A stretch of DNA of 64,000 bases, from IMG/VR virus record IMGVR_UViG_3300005056_000001, positions 248,001-312,000 of that record. One strand, given 5' to 3'. Positions 44,807 through 54,404 of the stretch are shown piece by piece. The notes under the pieces are model-generated. The model was not told the DNA's origin. It did not search any database and saw only the letters and a list, made by a program, of their open reading frames with translations. The first letter of the stretch is position 1; each line of letters opens with the position of its first letter. Made by a program: the position numbers and the translations under genes.

Positions 44807-47197
44807 TTAGTTTATTGGAAAGGTGATATTAGACACACGTGACAGATAGAAATTTATGTTTATATCCCCTCCTTCTAAGGCTTGGTATTCTAGCATAGAA
44901 GTTATGAACACAGAACCGCCCGTTGATATTATTATTCGATACAGTCTGTCGTTTGCATATAAGATTGAACTCGGAACACCTTTTGCCCTGCCGTAAATAT
45001 AAAAAAACTGAGTAGTAGAAGGTCTATAACCAACGGGCAGTTGGAATATTTGACCTAGTGTGGTTCCTGTAGTAATGTTAGTGGTGTTGAAATCACCCTC
45101 GATTGTAACCTTATCCGTAAATTTCCGAAACCTTAAAAACTGTGTCGATAGCGGGAGTGCACTTTCATATGTACCCAAGAATGTGGTGCCCAAACCCGTT
45201 CCTGCGTCTCCTACATTATGCCATGTGTCTAATGGAACATAATCACCTCTAATCACACTATCCAAATCACCGATAGCGGCCGAATGACTTCTGCCGTGTG
45301 TGTCAACCGACATATTTGTTATGTACGGGAATATTGCTGTTGTCGGGAATGATGTCCCGCCCGAACCACTTGCATGTGCCGCAACACCATCCTCAAGATT
45401 AAGTGTGTGTTTATTGTTAAGGTAATCGAAGGCATATTCAAGACCAATACCTTCCATGTCAAACATTCCGTCATGGTGTATGGTTTCCCATTCCGAAAAA
45501 TTAAAAGTTCCTAGTGGCGTCGAGGAACTGCCTGTTCTTGTCATAATAAGTTGCCCCCTATTCATGTTTGTCAAAAAAGGTACCCCGTCAGGCACATTTA
45601 TAAACAAGACTTGTAGCACCATGTCATAGGCAGAAATAGAGAGAGTTTTTGTGTTGTCATACCTAAACGCAAGCAATGCGCCACCATCACTCGACTGAAG
45701 TCCAATTCCGTTTCCTATATCGGCAAGTGTGCCTGTTAAGTCGGGTAAATTCGAATAGTCAGGCACAGGGTTCGGGTTTATTTGATAAATCCCTGCCTCT
45801 ATGGCTGTATTCAAATCTTGTGGACAAGCCCCACGCTGAATAAAATGGTTTTCTGCTATAAGTGTTGCAACCAAATTATTGAAATTGTTTAGGTTGGTGT
45901 TTATGCCACTGCTCAATGACACATTTAAGTTATTCATTAAGTCGGATGTGACAATCAATGAGGGGTCGTTATCCAAAAATGTACTTGCTAGACTAAGTCC
46001 CGAATCAGAAAGCAAATTGTTGCTAAGACTCAAGAACTTGACATCTGTTCCAAGGTCGGAAAATATATGCATTTCATGGGTATAAAAGGCAATGTCATTC
46101 GAATCTAGTGCATTGCCAATTCTCATGACACTATCAAGTGTCAAGAATTTTTGTTGGACGGTTTCCGTGTTAATTTGTAAAACACCCTGTGATGCCTCGG
46201 TGCTAATCGTCACAATGTCTTTTCCGTACAGTGTGGCATTAACAGACGCCAAATCAAGGTATGTCATATCACCCTCCGAAAGTTCGTTTCTTCCTGTAAT
46301 CCGAAGAGAATTTGAGGCTGTTTTGTATATTTTAGAATACAGACGCATAGACGTCTCGTCTCTGTGCCCAATAAAAATTCCGCTATTATAATCATTTTGT
46401 AGCATAACCATAATGGGGGCATTGTCGAATCCCGCAGCATAATCATGCGTATCGTTCTCTAGTGTGTTTTGAATGACCCTGTGATAATCCTGTGCCGCTC
46501 CTCTGATAAATACAGGAATATCCGTAATGCCTATCTTGGCCTCCTTTGGGGCAATTAGCTTATAATCCGACAACTGAACACCGCCGCCTGCACCAATGGC
46601 AGGAATATCAAGCACACTGTCGTTGTTTGCCACGGTATTTATGCCACCACTAACATCGGAAAATAATTTACCGACCGCAAGATATATCGCATCAATAGAA
46701 TCGTCGGATGTACTGCCTGCCAACATGGCGGTTACAATGTCCTGTACTTGTTGCACAGTCAAGGAAGAACCATTTGCGAATGTGATACCTGTGTCCTCGA
46801 ACATGGACACGTTTTCGTTATAAATTATCACAGACAGGTCGGGTAACACGATAACATCACCATGTACCAACTCTGTATATCCAAAATTTAATAAAAATGC
46901 AGGGAGATCTGCCACGATTTGTACATTAACAAATCCCAATGTAATTTGATTGGGGGATGTCAACCCATAGGCAGACATAATAGAGGCAGATAATACCGTA
47001 TCAATAACCTTCCATACCGACCCACGGATACCAACAGAACCAACACCATCATCTCCTTCGTCTCCCTTGATGCCCTTGTAGGCAGGAAGCTTTAATATCA
47101 TAGAGAAGTTGTGGTTAATGTCGGCAACCAAAGACGCCAAGTCTGCTATATTTAGGGTTTTAAGAATTAAACCAAGTTCTGCAAGATTCTTCATCAA
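44807..47197 (-). CDS. tail fibre / baseplate-associated structural protein
   Basis: INHNF..GIKGDEG collagen-like start, DLNTAIEAGIY and FRKFTDKVTIEG..FQLPVGYRPS tail-fibre motifs; GTACATA at 47221-47227. Confidence 0.65.
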   Translation of the reverse strand: MMKNLAELGLILKTLNIADLASLVADINHNFSMILKLPAYKGIKGDEGDDGVGSVGIRGSVWKVIDTVLSASIMSAYGLTSPNQITLGFVNVQIVADLPAFLLNFGYTELVHGDVIVLPDLSVIIYNENVSMFEDTGITFANGSSLTVQQVQDIVTAMLAGSTSDDSIDAIYLAVGKLFSDVSGGINTVANNDSVLDIPAIGAGGGVQLSDYKLIAPKEAKIGITDIPVFIRGAAQDYHRVIQNTLENDTHDYAAGFDNAPIMVMLQNDYNSGIFIGHRDETSMRLYSKIYKTASNSLRITGRNELSEGDMTYLDLASVNATLYGKDIVTISTEASQGVLQINTETVQQKFLTLDSVMRIGNALDSNDIAFYTHEMHIFSDLGTDVKFLSLSNNLLSDSGLSLASTFLDNDPSLIVTSDLMNNLNVSLSSGINTNLNNFNNLVATLIAENHFIQRGACPQDLNTAIEAGIYQINPNPVPDYSNLPDLTGTLADIGNGIGLQSSDGGALLAFRYDNTKTLSISAYDMVLQVLFINVPDGVPFLTNMNRGQLIMTRTGSSSTPLGTFNFSEWETIHHDGMFDMEGIGLEYAFDYLNNKHTLNLEDGVAAHASGSGGTSFPTTAIFPYITNMSVDTHGRSHSAAIGDLDSVIRGDYVPLDTWHNVGDAGTGLGTTFLGTYESALPLSTQFLRFRKFTDKVTIEGDFNTTNITTGTTLGQIFQLPVGYRPSTTQFFYIYGRAKGVPSSILYANDRLYRIIISTGGSVFITSMLEYQALEGGDININFYLSRVSNITFPIN

Positions 47198-47254
47198 TAT
47201 ATATTTTTTGTCTTTTTATATATGTACAAAAACAAAAGAGTTGAAGGTCTTTAA

Positions 47255-47291
47255 CACAAAAAACACGTCTAACATAGACGTGTTTTTTGTG
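47255..47291 (-). terminator. intrinsic terminator
   Basis: cacaaaaaacacgtcta-aca-tagacgtgttttttgtg. Confidence 0.8.
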
Positions 47292-47297
47292 GTGGTG

Positions 47298-47570
47298 CTA
47301 ATCGGTTGCGCCCGTGCTTATGTAGTTGTATAGTTTTTCTGTCGCTACAATAACATCACTGATAGAGGTACCCATTCCTATATTTGTTTGTTCCCAACGG
47401 AATTCGCTCCAAACCTTGTCCAAGCATTCTGATCGTAAAGATTGCTCATGTCTAATCTTTTCAAGATCCAATTCTTGGTTATACAGGTCTAGTTCTTGGG
47501 CCGACTTGTCTAAGATGTCCCAAGAACTTTTTTCTTTAGCTCCTGCTTCTTTAACTCCTGACTTTTTCAT
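47298..47570 (-). CDS. hypothetical protein (paralog of 47578..47931)
   Basis: CLDKVWS..WE...TEKLYNYISTG. Confidence 0.7.
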   Translation of the reverse strand: MKKSGVKEAGAKEKSSWDILDKSAQELDLYNQELDLEKIRHEQSLRSECLDKVWSEFRWEQTNIGMGTSISDVIVATEKLYNYISTGATD

Positions 47571-47577
47571 ATTCACT

Positions 47578-47931
47578 TTAGTTTTTGGGCACAATACCCT
47601 TTGTTATATAATTGTATAATACTTCTGCACAACTCAGGGATTCTATTACATGCTCGGCTTTGCGAGACCCCGAAAGACTCTCCCAATCAACAATAGACCA
47701 CACCTTGCCCAAGCAACGGTCTCTCATTACTTGGGTGTAAATATTGTCGTTTTGTCCTTTGGTTTCAACCTCAAGGAATTTATTTTTTGCTAGTTGGTAT
47801 TCAATATATTCTATTGCACTAGGGCCGCCACCAACACATTTGTGTTGGTTTGTAATAGACCTGAGTTCATCCTTGTCCATTGTGTCTAGTAGCTCCTTGA
47901 GTAACGTGAGATTTTTTGATTCTTTTTCCAT
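47578..47931 (-). CDS. hypothetical protein (paralog of 47298..47570)
   Basis: CLGKVWS..WE...AEVLYNYITKG. Confidence 0.7.
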   Translation of the reverse strand: MEKESKNLTLLKELLDTMDKDELRSITNQHKCVGGGPSAIEYIEYQLAKNKFLEVETKGQNDNIYTQVMRDRCLGKVWSIVDWESLSGSRKAEHVIESLSCAEVLYNYITKGIVPKN

Positions 47932-47944
47932 AACCACATAACGT

Positions 47945-47976
47945 AAAAAAATCCCATATTTTCGGTATGGGATTTT
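47945..47976 (-). terminator. terminator after tail tube gene
   Basis: aaaaaaatcccatat-tttc-ggtatgggatttt. Confidence 0.7.
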
Positions 47977-48008
47977 GTTTATAATGAAATTAAAGATTTT
48001 CTATGTAA

Positions 48009-48551
48009 TTAAATTGAGGTTTCGGGGAAATATTCGCCTGCAACATTCACTTCCATCATCTTCAGTTCCGAATCAGCAATGTCGGCATCAAAAATTCCTG
48101 CACCAAATGCACCAAAGAACATACAATTTTTCAATGTTCGCTCATACACCTTGACATTATTTCGCAAGAAATATTCAACATTGATATCGAAGGCATAGTC
48201 TCTTTTTAGTCCTAGCTCGAATGTGTTGTGATTATTCATGGCATTTTTTGCAGCCAAGAGTGATGTGTAAATATACAGATCATTCTCCTCGTTAAAGTTT
48301 AGACTTAGAGTAATGGCCAACTCCTGTTTTGTGGAAATTTTGTTTTTTGCAAAAAGACGAATTGCCCCCTGATCTTGCTCGGCAAGTTCTGTTTCGGGAA
48401 TTTGCCAACCCGTACAAGACATTACGTGCTCTGTAATCAATGGCTCAAAGGCTATTGTGGGCGAGAAAATAAAAGTAAGACGGAAGTTGTCGGTTTGGAA
48501 TCCCTCCCATTTATTCAAACCTGCCGCCGTCTGTGTGATATGACTTAACAT
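48009..48551 (-). CDS. tail tube protein (T4 gp19-like)
   Basis: 180 aa directly downstream of the sheath; tube-fold pattern; GTACATA at 48612-48618. Confidence 0.8.
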   Translation of the reverse strand: MLSHITQTAAGLNKWEGFQTDNFRLTFIFSPTIAFEPLITEHVMSCTGWQIPETELAEQDQGAIRLFAKNKISTKQELAITLSLNFNEENDLYIYTSLLAAKNAMNNHNTFELGLKRDYAFDINVEYFLRNNVKVYERTLKNCMFFGAFGAGIFDADIADSELKMMEVNVAGEYFPETSI

Positions 48552-48625
48552 AATAGATGTATTGTAGGGGTTATTTAAAATATTGCCCGAACATATGTTC
48601 GGGCTTTAAGGTATGTACTATTTGA

Positions 48626-51577
48626 TTATACGATTATAACAGTACCGATTTCGCTTGTGCTATTGAATGTTGTTGTTCGTATAACAACCTTCTCGGCAAC
48701 GCTGCTAACAATGACTTCAATGTCTATTACCAACATTTGTGCAGCAAGAACGTCACCATCGTTGTTGGTCGAATCAACTATAGATCTTCCGAATGTAAGT
48801 GCACCATTTGCCAAGTATCGTTCCAATACAGAATCCACACGGGCCTTAACTGTTGCACGCAATTGTTCGGTATTCAACTTGCCCAATGCACCCTTTGCGA
48901 TAGGTGTCACTTCTAGTTGTAGCACATTCAATGTTTCACGTACATGGAGCGATTTAAGTGCCGTGCCGTCCTGATTCAAGGTTCGGTTTCCCATTACAGT
49001 AAAGTCTTGCATAATAGGATTTACACCAAGACGTTCTAGGATTGCCCTGTCATCATTGGTCAATTCCATGCCGACCTTTCCGAGTCCTGATGCAGCAACC
49101 CGAAAATCTGATCCGAAAATCGGGATGTGTCCTTGTCCTGCCAACCATTTAGCAGCAAACAAGTTACTCACGATTGGAGCCATAGGCATTTTAATGTCTC
49201 TGCCATTGTCTTTGATCGTTGCATTAGGAAAATAAGTTGCACCATAAGCCGCACCTTGTTGTTTTGTCGGGAGCGTGAATAATTGACTATAAGGCAACAA
49301 TAGATTACCACCATCCTCAAAATGTTCTATGTTAATTTTGGTGTCTGTTGGTGAATCCTTGAAAAATGGATCCGTAGAGTTCTTGAATGTTTTTACAAAT
49401 GGCGTGTTTATCAAAGATGTAATGCCACCCTGACGGTCTCTCGCCACAACAGTAAACTGTGATTTTATATTTGCTGTTGGGTAACTCTCAAACGAATCAA
49501 CCAAATAACTGTATGTTTCATATTCCCTGTCGGTTAGTAAGTCCAATAATTGTCCGCTAATTGTACCATTTAACACATCTTCCAATCGTGTTGGTGTACC
49601 GTTAACAAATTGGTCATTACGAACAGCAAGCCCTTTCATTGAAATTGGATTAAATTGCTTTGTGGTATCTACAACCCTATTCAACTGTAACATGTAGTTG
49701 GCATTGGTAGAAGGCTCACGATACAGAATAATCTCAAGTGAGTTGTCTAGTGTCAAGACGGAAAAATTGCTCCTTGCACCAACAGATGTTGGTACGGATA
49801 CATCGTCATCTCCGCCATACAACGGACGATCAAACTCGGCCACGAAGTAGTTTAGCTCGACCGAAAATGTTGGATTCGCCAAAACAAGTGCCGCAATCGC
49901 AGCGTCATCAATATCAGGGAACGCTATGACGGTTCCACCAACTTGATCTTTTGGATAACCAAAAGTCGGGTCGGTCGGGTCAATGCCTGTGTAGTTATAT
50001 TCAACAGGCAGTCCGAGACTAACACCACCCAAGTATTCCCAATTACCGCTAATAGTATTAAATGTGGCCAATGGAGCCCCAACACTATCAAGCGGAAACG
50101 TCGAAGTGTGTAGTCCGCCAAAAACAACCTTTTTCCCAATAAAATTGAAACGTGTTACTGTTGTTGGGTTGCCATCCATTCCAAGGAATAATGTGCCTGT
50201 TTTTACGGCTGTGGCATTCGTCATGATACACGACCGTCTTGGGTCGTAATCTTGGCCACTAATAGAGATAACGTTTGAGCTAGGTTTCGAGTAATCAAAA
50301 TCTGCCACGACAGGTGTCTCTAACCCTAAAAGCATGGGATTGTTATGGACAATATGATTTCCAATAATTGTAAAATTATTTACATCTTCCTGTGCCGTTA
50401 TTTTTCCGCTCTCAAGGACGTATGCCTGTGACAACGTATTACTATCGTTTGACAACGAGTTATAGTTTGTCGTCACAAAGTCGGCATCAATACTCATTGC
50501 CGAATACTTGTCGCTTGGTGTGTAGTCCATGTTTGAACCCGTCCAATCAATAGTTTTTGTTCCATAAAACTCCATTGGGATAGGACGTTTGCCGTTAGAC
50601 AGCGCAGATGCCGTTGCAACACTTGAAAGTTCTGCCAATGTCGGAGGTTCAAAATCTGCCGCATTATCCAATACATCTTCGTTTATTTTACAGATCAATC
50701 CTGTCAAATCAGAGTCGATATTAATCAAGTTGTCAATCGCCAAGGTTGCAGATGATTGGTTTGTTAATGTTGAAATCAACGAACCTTCATAAGAATTTAA
50801 AAAGCGTGCATCCTCTTCGTTTGATAAACGTTGTAACGCATCAATATCACGTCCATTTGCATCAATAACATCGTTTCTAAGGTTTCCCGCAGAATTAAAC
50901 AGGTAAGCCACAGAGGATGGAATACCAAATGTCAAATCAATGTTAAACACAAAAACCTCCACAAACGTGTCATTCAACAACATTGTTGGCTCTATGGATT
51001 CAGGCAGGGCTTGGTCAAGCAATTCGTAATATTCCCCAATAGTTTGTTTGTAAATAACATTCTTTAGTGGTCGCACAAAAACGGTTAGGTCTTTATTTCC
51101 GATATTTACAATATGCAACAAATCAGTGTCGTTGCTAGGAATGATATTTTCTTCATCAACAAACCAATTTCTGTCGGTATTAAAGTAGTTGGTATATGGT
51201 CTGTCAGAAAGCACACTGTTTCCGTTGTCATCCATTTGTATGTTAAGACCAATTGCTTGTACAACATCCAATGTGTCATCATAACTTCTGACATTCATTA
51301 CCTTTATCGGGCCTTGCGCAAGCATGATCTCGGCAGAACGATGGAAAAAACCGCCTCTACGTTCTAGTCGTCTGTCAATATCACCAAATAACTGAACAAA
51401 TTGTGGGTATGTATCAATACGAATTATTTTATTGGTCACACCTTTTTTGGATTGTCCAATCAATAGTCTATATCCATCAAGCTCTGCCGCTGCACTGAGT
51501 GGCGGAGAAGTGCGCTCAATAAAGTACAAACCCGCCGCTTGTCTACTTATTTGTTGTAATCTAACACTTAGTGCCAT
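48626..51577 (-). CDS. contractile tail sheath protein (T4 gp18-like)
   Basis: AGLYFIE, IGQSKKG, FVQLFG, LERLGVNPI, GNRTL, LHVRE; GTACATA at 51616-51622. Confidence 0.9.
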   Translation of the reverse strand: MALSVRLQQISRQAAGLYFIERTSPPLSAAAELDGYRLLIGQSKKGVTNKIIRIDTYPQFVQLFGDIDRRLERRGGFFHRSAEIMLAQGPIKVMNVRSYDDTLDVVQAIGLNIQMDDNGNSVLSDRPYTNYFNTDRNWFVDEENIIPSNDTDLLHIVNIGNKDLTVFVRPLKNVIYKQTIGEYYELLDQALPESIEPTMLLNDTFVEVFVFNIDLTFGIPSSVAYLFNSAGNLRNDVIDANGRDIDALQRLSNEEDARFLNSYEGSLISTLTNQSSATLAIDNLINIDSDLTGLICKINEDVLDNAADFEPPTLAELSSVATASALSNGKRPIPMEFYGTKTIDWTGSNMDYTPSDKYSAMSIDADFVTTNYNSLSNDSNTLSQAYVLESGKITAQEDVNNFTIIGNHIVHNNPMLLGLETPVVADFDYSKPSSNVISISGQDYDPRRSCIMTNATAVKTGTLFLGMDGNPTTVTRFNFIGKKVVFGGLHTSTFPLDSVGAPLATFNTISGNWEYLGGVSLGLPVEYNYTGIDPTDPTFGYPKDQVGGTVIAFPDIDDAAIAALVLANPTFSVELNYFVAEFDRPLYGGDDDVSVPTSVGARSNFSVLTLDNSLEIILYREPSTNANYMLQLNRVVDTTKQFNPISMKGLAVRNDQFVNGTPTRLEDVLNGTISGQLLDLLTDREYETYSYLVDSFESYPTANIKSQFTVVARDRQGGITSLINTPFVKTFKNSTDPFFKDSPTDTKINIEHFEDGGNLLLPYSQLFTLPTKQQGAAYGATYFPNATIKDNGRDIKMPMAPIVSNLFAAKWLAGQGHIPIFGSDFRVAASGLGKVGMELTNDDRAILERLGVNPIMQDFTVMGNRTLNQDGTALKSLHVRETLNVLQLEVTPIAKGALGKLNTEQLRATVKARVDSVLERYLANGALTFGRSIVDSTNNDGDVLAAQMLVIDIEVIVSSVAEKVVIRTTTFNSTSEIGTVIIV

Positions 51578-51636
51578 GATTTATATTGTTTATAGGTTTT
51601 TAAAATATTATGTTATATGTACTATTCAAAATATGA

Positions 51637-53535
51637 CTACGAATCTTCATATTTAAGCCTATTGCGCAAATCATCAAAATTATAGGCAAACCTCCAATCA
51701 ACACCCGCCATTTTTTTTTGTGCATAATATTGCTCAATGAAAGCCGTAAGTCCACTATTCCTTGACAGTATCGTAAAACCTAGATGTAAGTATGGCACAA
51801 CATTGTCGTCATTGCCCAATTCTGCTTGGTACGTTCCTTTCTTGTTTACTTGGAAAAATCCTATTTGTTCTATAGTTTTCTCGTCGGATATGTCAAATAA
51901 ATTATTTTCCATTGCAAGCTTGAATGCATTGACAGACACTTTTTTAATCGCCCTGTTTGTTGTTAATCCTACCGCACGTCCGCCAACCCGTTTTCCTTTC
52001 GTGTTTCGGCTACTCCGTTCACCGTACCTAAGAAAACAGGCAGGAGGGATAAAAATATTATTCTTCCTCATTGCCTCGTTTATTTGAGTCATGAAGTAGT
52101 CACCATAGGTGTTTCGTTCTATGATGATTCTAATATTTTCAAACGTTGTGAATGTTGCCAACGTATGCACGATAAGTGTAGGCATCTCGGTTTCTAACGG
52201 TATGTCGTTTGCCTCCAAAACAAATTCTTGCCTGAAGGATATTTTACTTTTGAAATTCCCGTCCTTTCGGTGTTGGACAGACAAAAAATGTGCGGTTGTT
52301 GAATCGCCGCCAATACCCTCTGCAAGGTCTATGATCACCACATAGTGTTTATCCCTTAGTTTTTCGGCATCGGGCCTAAATCTAATCTTCGGACTGTATT
52401 TCTCAATACCCCTAAATCTTAAGTCATGGGTTTTGAACGGAACTTTTTTCTCGTCCAACTCACGCATTGTAAATGGAGACAACAGCTTATTCAGTTGGGT
52501 ATCAAAAGACATCTCAAACTGAATCTTGAATTTTTGAAGCGTAATCTTACTGATCATTTTCTTTGCCCACTCAACATCACGTGAGGGTATTTGCCACCAA
52601 TAAACCGTTGATGGTCTGTAAGAGTTTTTACCCTTGACAGCCCCGTCATAAAGCTCATAGAATAAGTCTTTACCATTTGGAGTACTTGTGATAATAAGCT
52701 TGGGATTCTCTACTGCTGCCTGTGCAGGTGCCGCATTTGACAGAAATTCTGCCTGCTTTTCCTTGTTCCCATCAAAGCACAGTGCAAACTCATCAATATA
52801 CAGGGTGTGCACGGTAAGACCGTTGATTGCATCCTTGGTACAGGGTGCCGCCAATATCGAACAACCGTTATCGAACTTGATGTTCTTCTCGTTCCATATC
52901 TCAACACCTGCTTTCATATAAAAAGGAAGTCTGTAATAAATTTCCTTTATTTTGTCCAATACCTCATTGGATGTCTTTTGTTTGTTGGCAAGTATTGCAA
53001 CATTTCTATTCTTGTGAAACATGACATTCCACAGTATATATATAGCAGCCGTTGTTGTTTTTGAGGCCTGCCTCGACCATGCCTGTATGTGGTCATCGTG
53101 TCGTAGGTATGACACCAATTGCTTTAGCTGATGTGGAAATAAATTACATAGCTGATAACTTTGGTCACGTTGTTTTAGGTATGCAAAATTACGGGCAAAA
53201 TGCAACATGTTGGTCATGCACGAAACCATCTCCAATGTTTCGCTATTGGACGGTCGATACACCAACTCTGCCCGTTTTAGTTTTGGGTTATTGTCAAAAA
53301 ATGGGGTTTTCTTAAGGGGCTGACCAACAGCAATCGCATCAATGGCCAATTTTGCACTCTTTGATGTCCATACAATTGCATCCACAGCACCGTTGCCTGT
53401 AAGTGGCTTACGTGGATCATAATGTTTTATGCCACCCTTATCTGCCTTTATTTTCTTTCGGGCTTTTTTTCTTGCACGCTTGACGGGCTTTGTGACCGTC
53501 GTGGTGTTTTTTGCCTTCTCGGGTGGTATAATCAT
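51637..53535 (-). CDS. terminase large subunit (T4 gp17-like)
   Basis: LFPHQ, SRQASKTT (Walker A), ILANK, YIDEFA (Walker B), ITSTPNG, DLAEGIGGD, IERN..G, NDDNV. Confidence 0.95.
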   Translation of the reverse strand: MIIPPEKAKNTTTVTKPVKRARKKARKKIKADKGGIKHYDPRKPLTGNGAVDAIVWTSKSAKLAIDAIAVGQPLKKTPFFDNNPKLKRAELVYRPSNSETLEMVSCMTNMLHFARNFAYLKQRDQSYQLCNLFPHQLKQLVSYLRHDDHIQAWSRQASKTTTAAIYILWNVMFHKNRNVAILANKQKTSNEVLDKIKEIYYRLPFYMKAGVEIWNEKNIKFDNGCSILAAPCTKDAINGLTVHTLYIDEFALCFDGNKEKQAEFLSNAAPAQAAVENPKLIITSTPNGKDLFYELYDGAVKGKNSYRPSTVYWWQIPSRDVEWAKKMISKITLQKFKIQFEMSFDTQLNKLLSPFTMRELDEKKVPFKTHDLRFRGIEKYSPKIRFRPDAEKLRDKHYVVIIDLAEGIGGDSTTAHFLSVQHRKDGNFKSKISFRQEFVLEANDIPLETEMPTLIVHTLATFTTFENIRIIIERNTYGDYFMTQINEAMRKNNIFIPPACFLRYGERSSRNTKGKRVGGRAVGLTTNRAIKKVSVNAFKLAMENNLFDISDEKTIEQIGFFQVNKKGTYQAELGNDDNVVPYLHLGFTILSRNSGLTAFIEQYYAQKKMAGVDWRFAYNFDDLRNRLKYEDS

Positions 53536-53711
53536 TTTCGCATTGTTTTATGATAATATATCGCAGCAACCATTTGTGGTCGCACATTGATACATTAGGG
53601 TTATATATTTTTTGATATATGTACAAAACATTTTACTTATTTGCACGTTCGGATATTTTTACCTAACTTGGCACAACAGAACATACATTACAATAACAGA
53701 TACAGGATAAT

Positions 53712-53978
53712 ATGACAACACAAGAAAAAATATTACATAATCTTAAGAGTCGTGGTCTCGGACACAACGATGCGATAGACGCATTGGACTATGCTAGTGT
53801 AAATCTTGTTATAGACTTGTCAGTGTGTGCACATACATTATCACAGCCTCACTTTGGAGATATTTTACATCAGTGCGATGTTTACATAGGAAGGTGGATA
53901 GGATTATACAGACCAAATAAATGGTACATTATAAATTTCCCTAAACTAACGATCAACAAGTATTTAATAGAACATTGA
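53712..53978 (+). CDS. hypothetical protein
   Basis: 88-aa ORF. Confidence 0.65.
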   Translation: MTTQEKILHNLKSRGLGHNDAIDALDYASVNLVIDLSVCAHTLSQPHFGDILHQCDVYIGRWIGLYRPNKWYIINFPKLTINKYLIEH

Positions 53979-53988
53979 ACAAGAAAAA

Positions 53989-54327
53989 ATGAAAAGAACA
54001 ATTGTAACATTATGTGGCTCCACAAAATTTGAAAAGGAGTTTCACGAAGTAAACAAACAATTAACAGCAAGAGGACATATTGTAATTTCTTGTGGTATAT
54101 TTGGACACACAATGCCACCCAAAGAAAAGGAATTGTTTTTCTCTACAACAGTAAAGGCAAAGTTGGATTGTCTCCATAACGACAAGATCCTGATGTCGGA
54201 TTGTATTCTAGTTATTGATGTTAAGGGCTACATAGGGTCAAGCACAAAAAAAGAAATCGACTTTGCCAAGAAGCATAAAAAGGGTGTGTATTATTACTCA
54301 AAAGATGTTATTGATTCTATTGGTTGA
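53989..54327 (+). CDS. nucleoside 2-deoxyribosyltransferase-like (NDT/DUF4406-type Rossmann) protein
   Basis: TLCGSTKF..GHIV..HNDKILMSDCILVIDVKGYIGSSTKKEIDFA. Confidence 0.7.
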   Translation: MKRTIVTLCGSTKFEKEFHEVNKQLTARGHIVISCGIFGHTMPPKEKELFFSTTVKAKLDCLHNDKILMSDCILVIDVKGYIGSSTKKEIDFAKKHKKGVYYYSKDVIDSIG

Positions 54328-54341
54328 TTGTCCAAACAGAT

Positions 54342-54378
54342 AAAAAAAGCGTTTTACTTTGGTAGAACGCTTTTTTTT
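54342..54378 (+). terminator. intrinsic terminator
   Basis: aaaaaaagcgttttac-tttg-gtagaacgctttttttt. Confidence 0.8.
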
Positions 54379-54404
54379 GTACATATCAAAAAACCCAATA
54401 GTTA

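Noticed and set aside
51637-53535. Intein or intron in terminase; inactive Walker A (SRQASKTT)
   Set aside because: Length and motif spacing are normal with no intein ends; the catalytic K-T and Walker B are intact, so the G-to-S change is treated as a variant.
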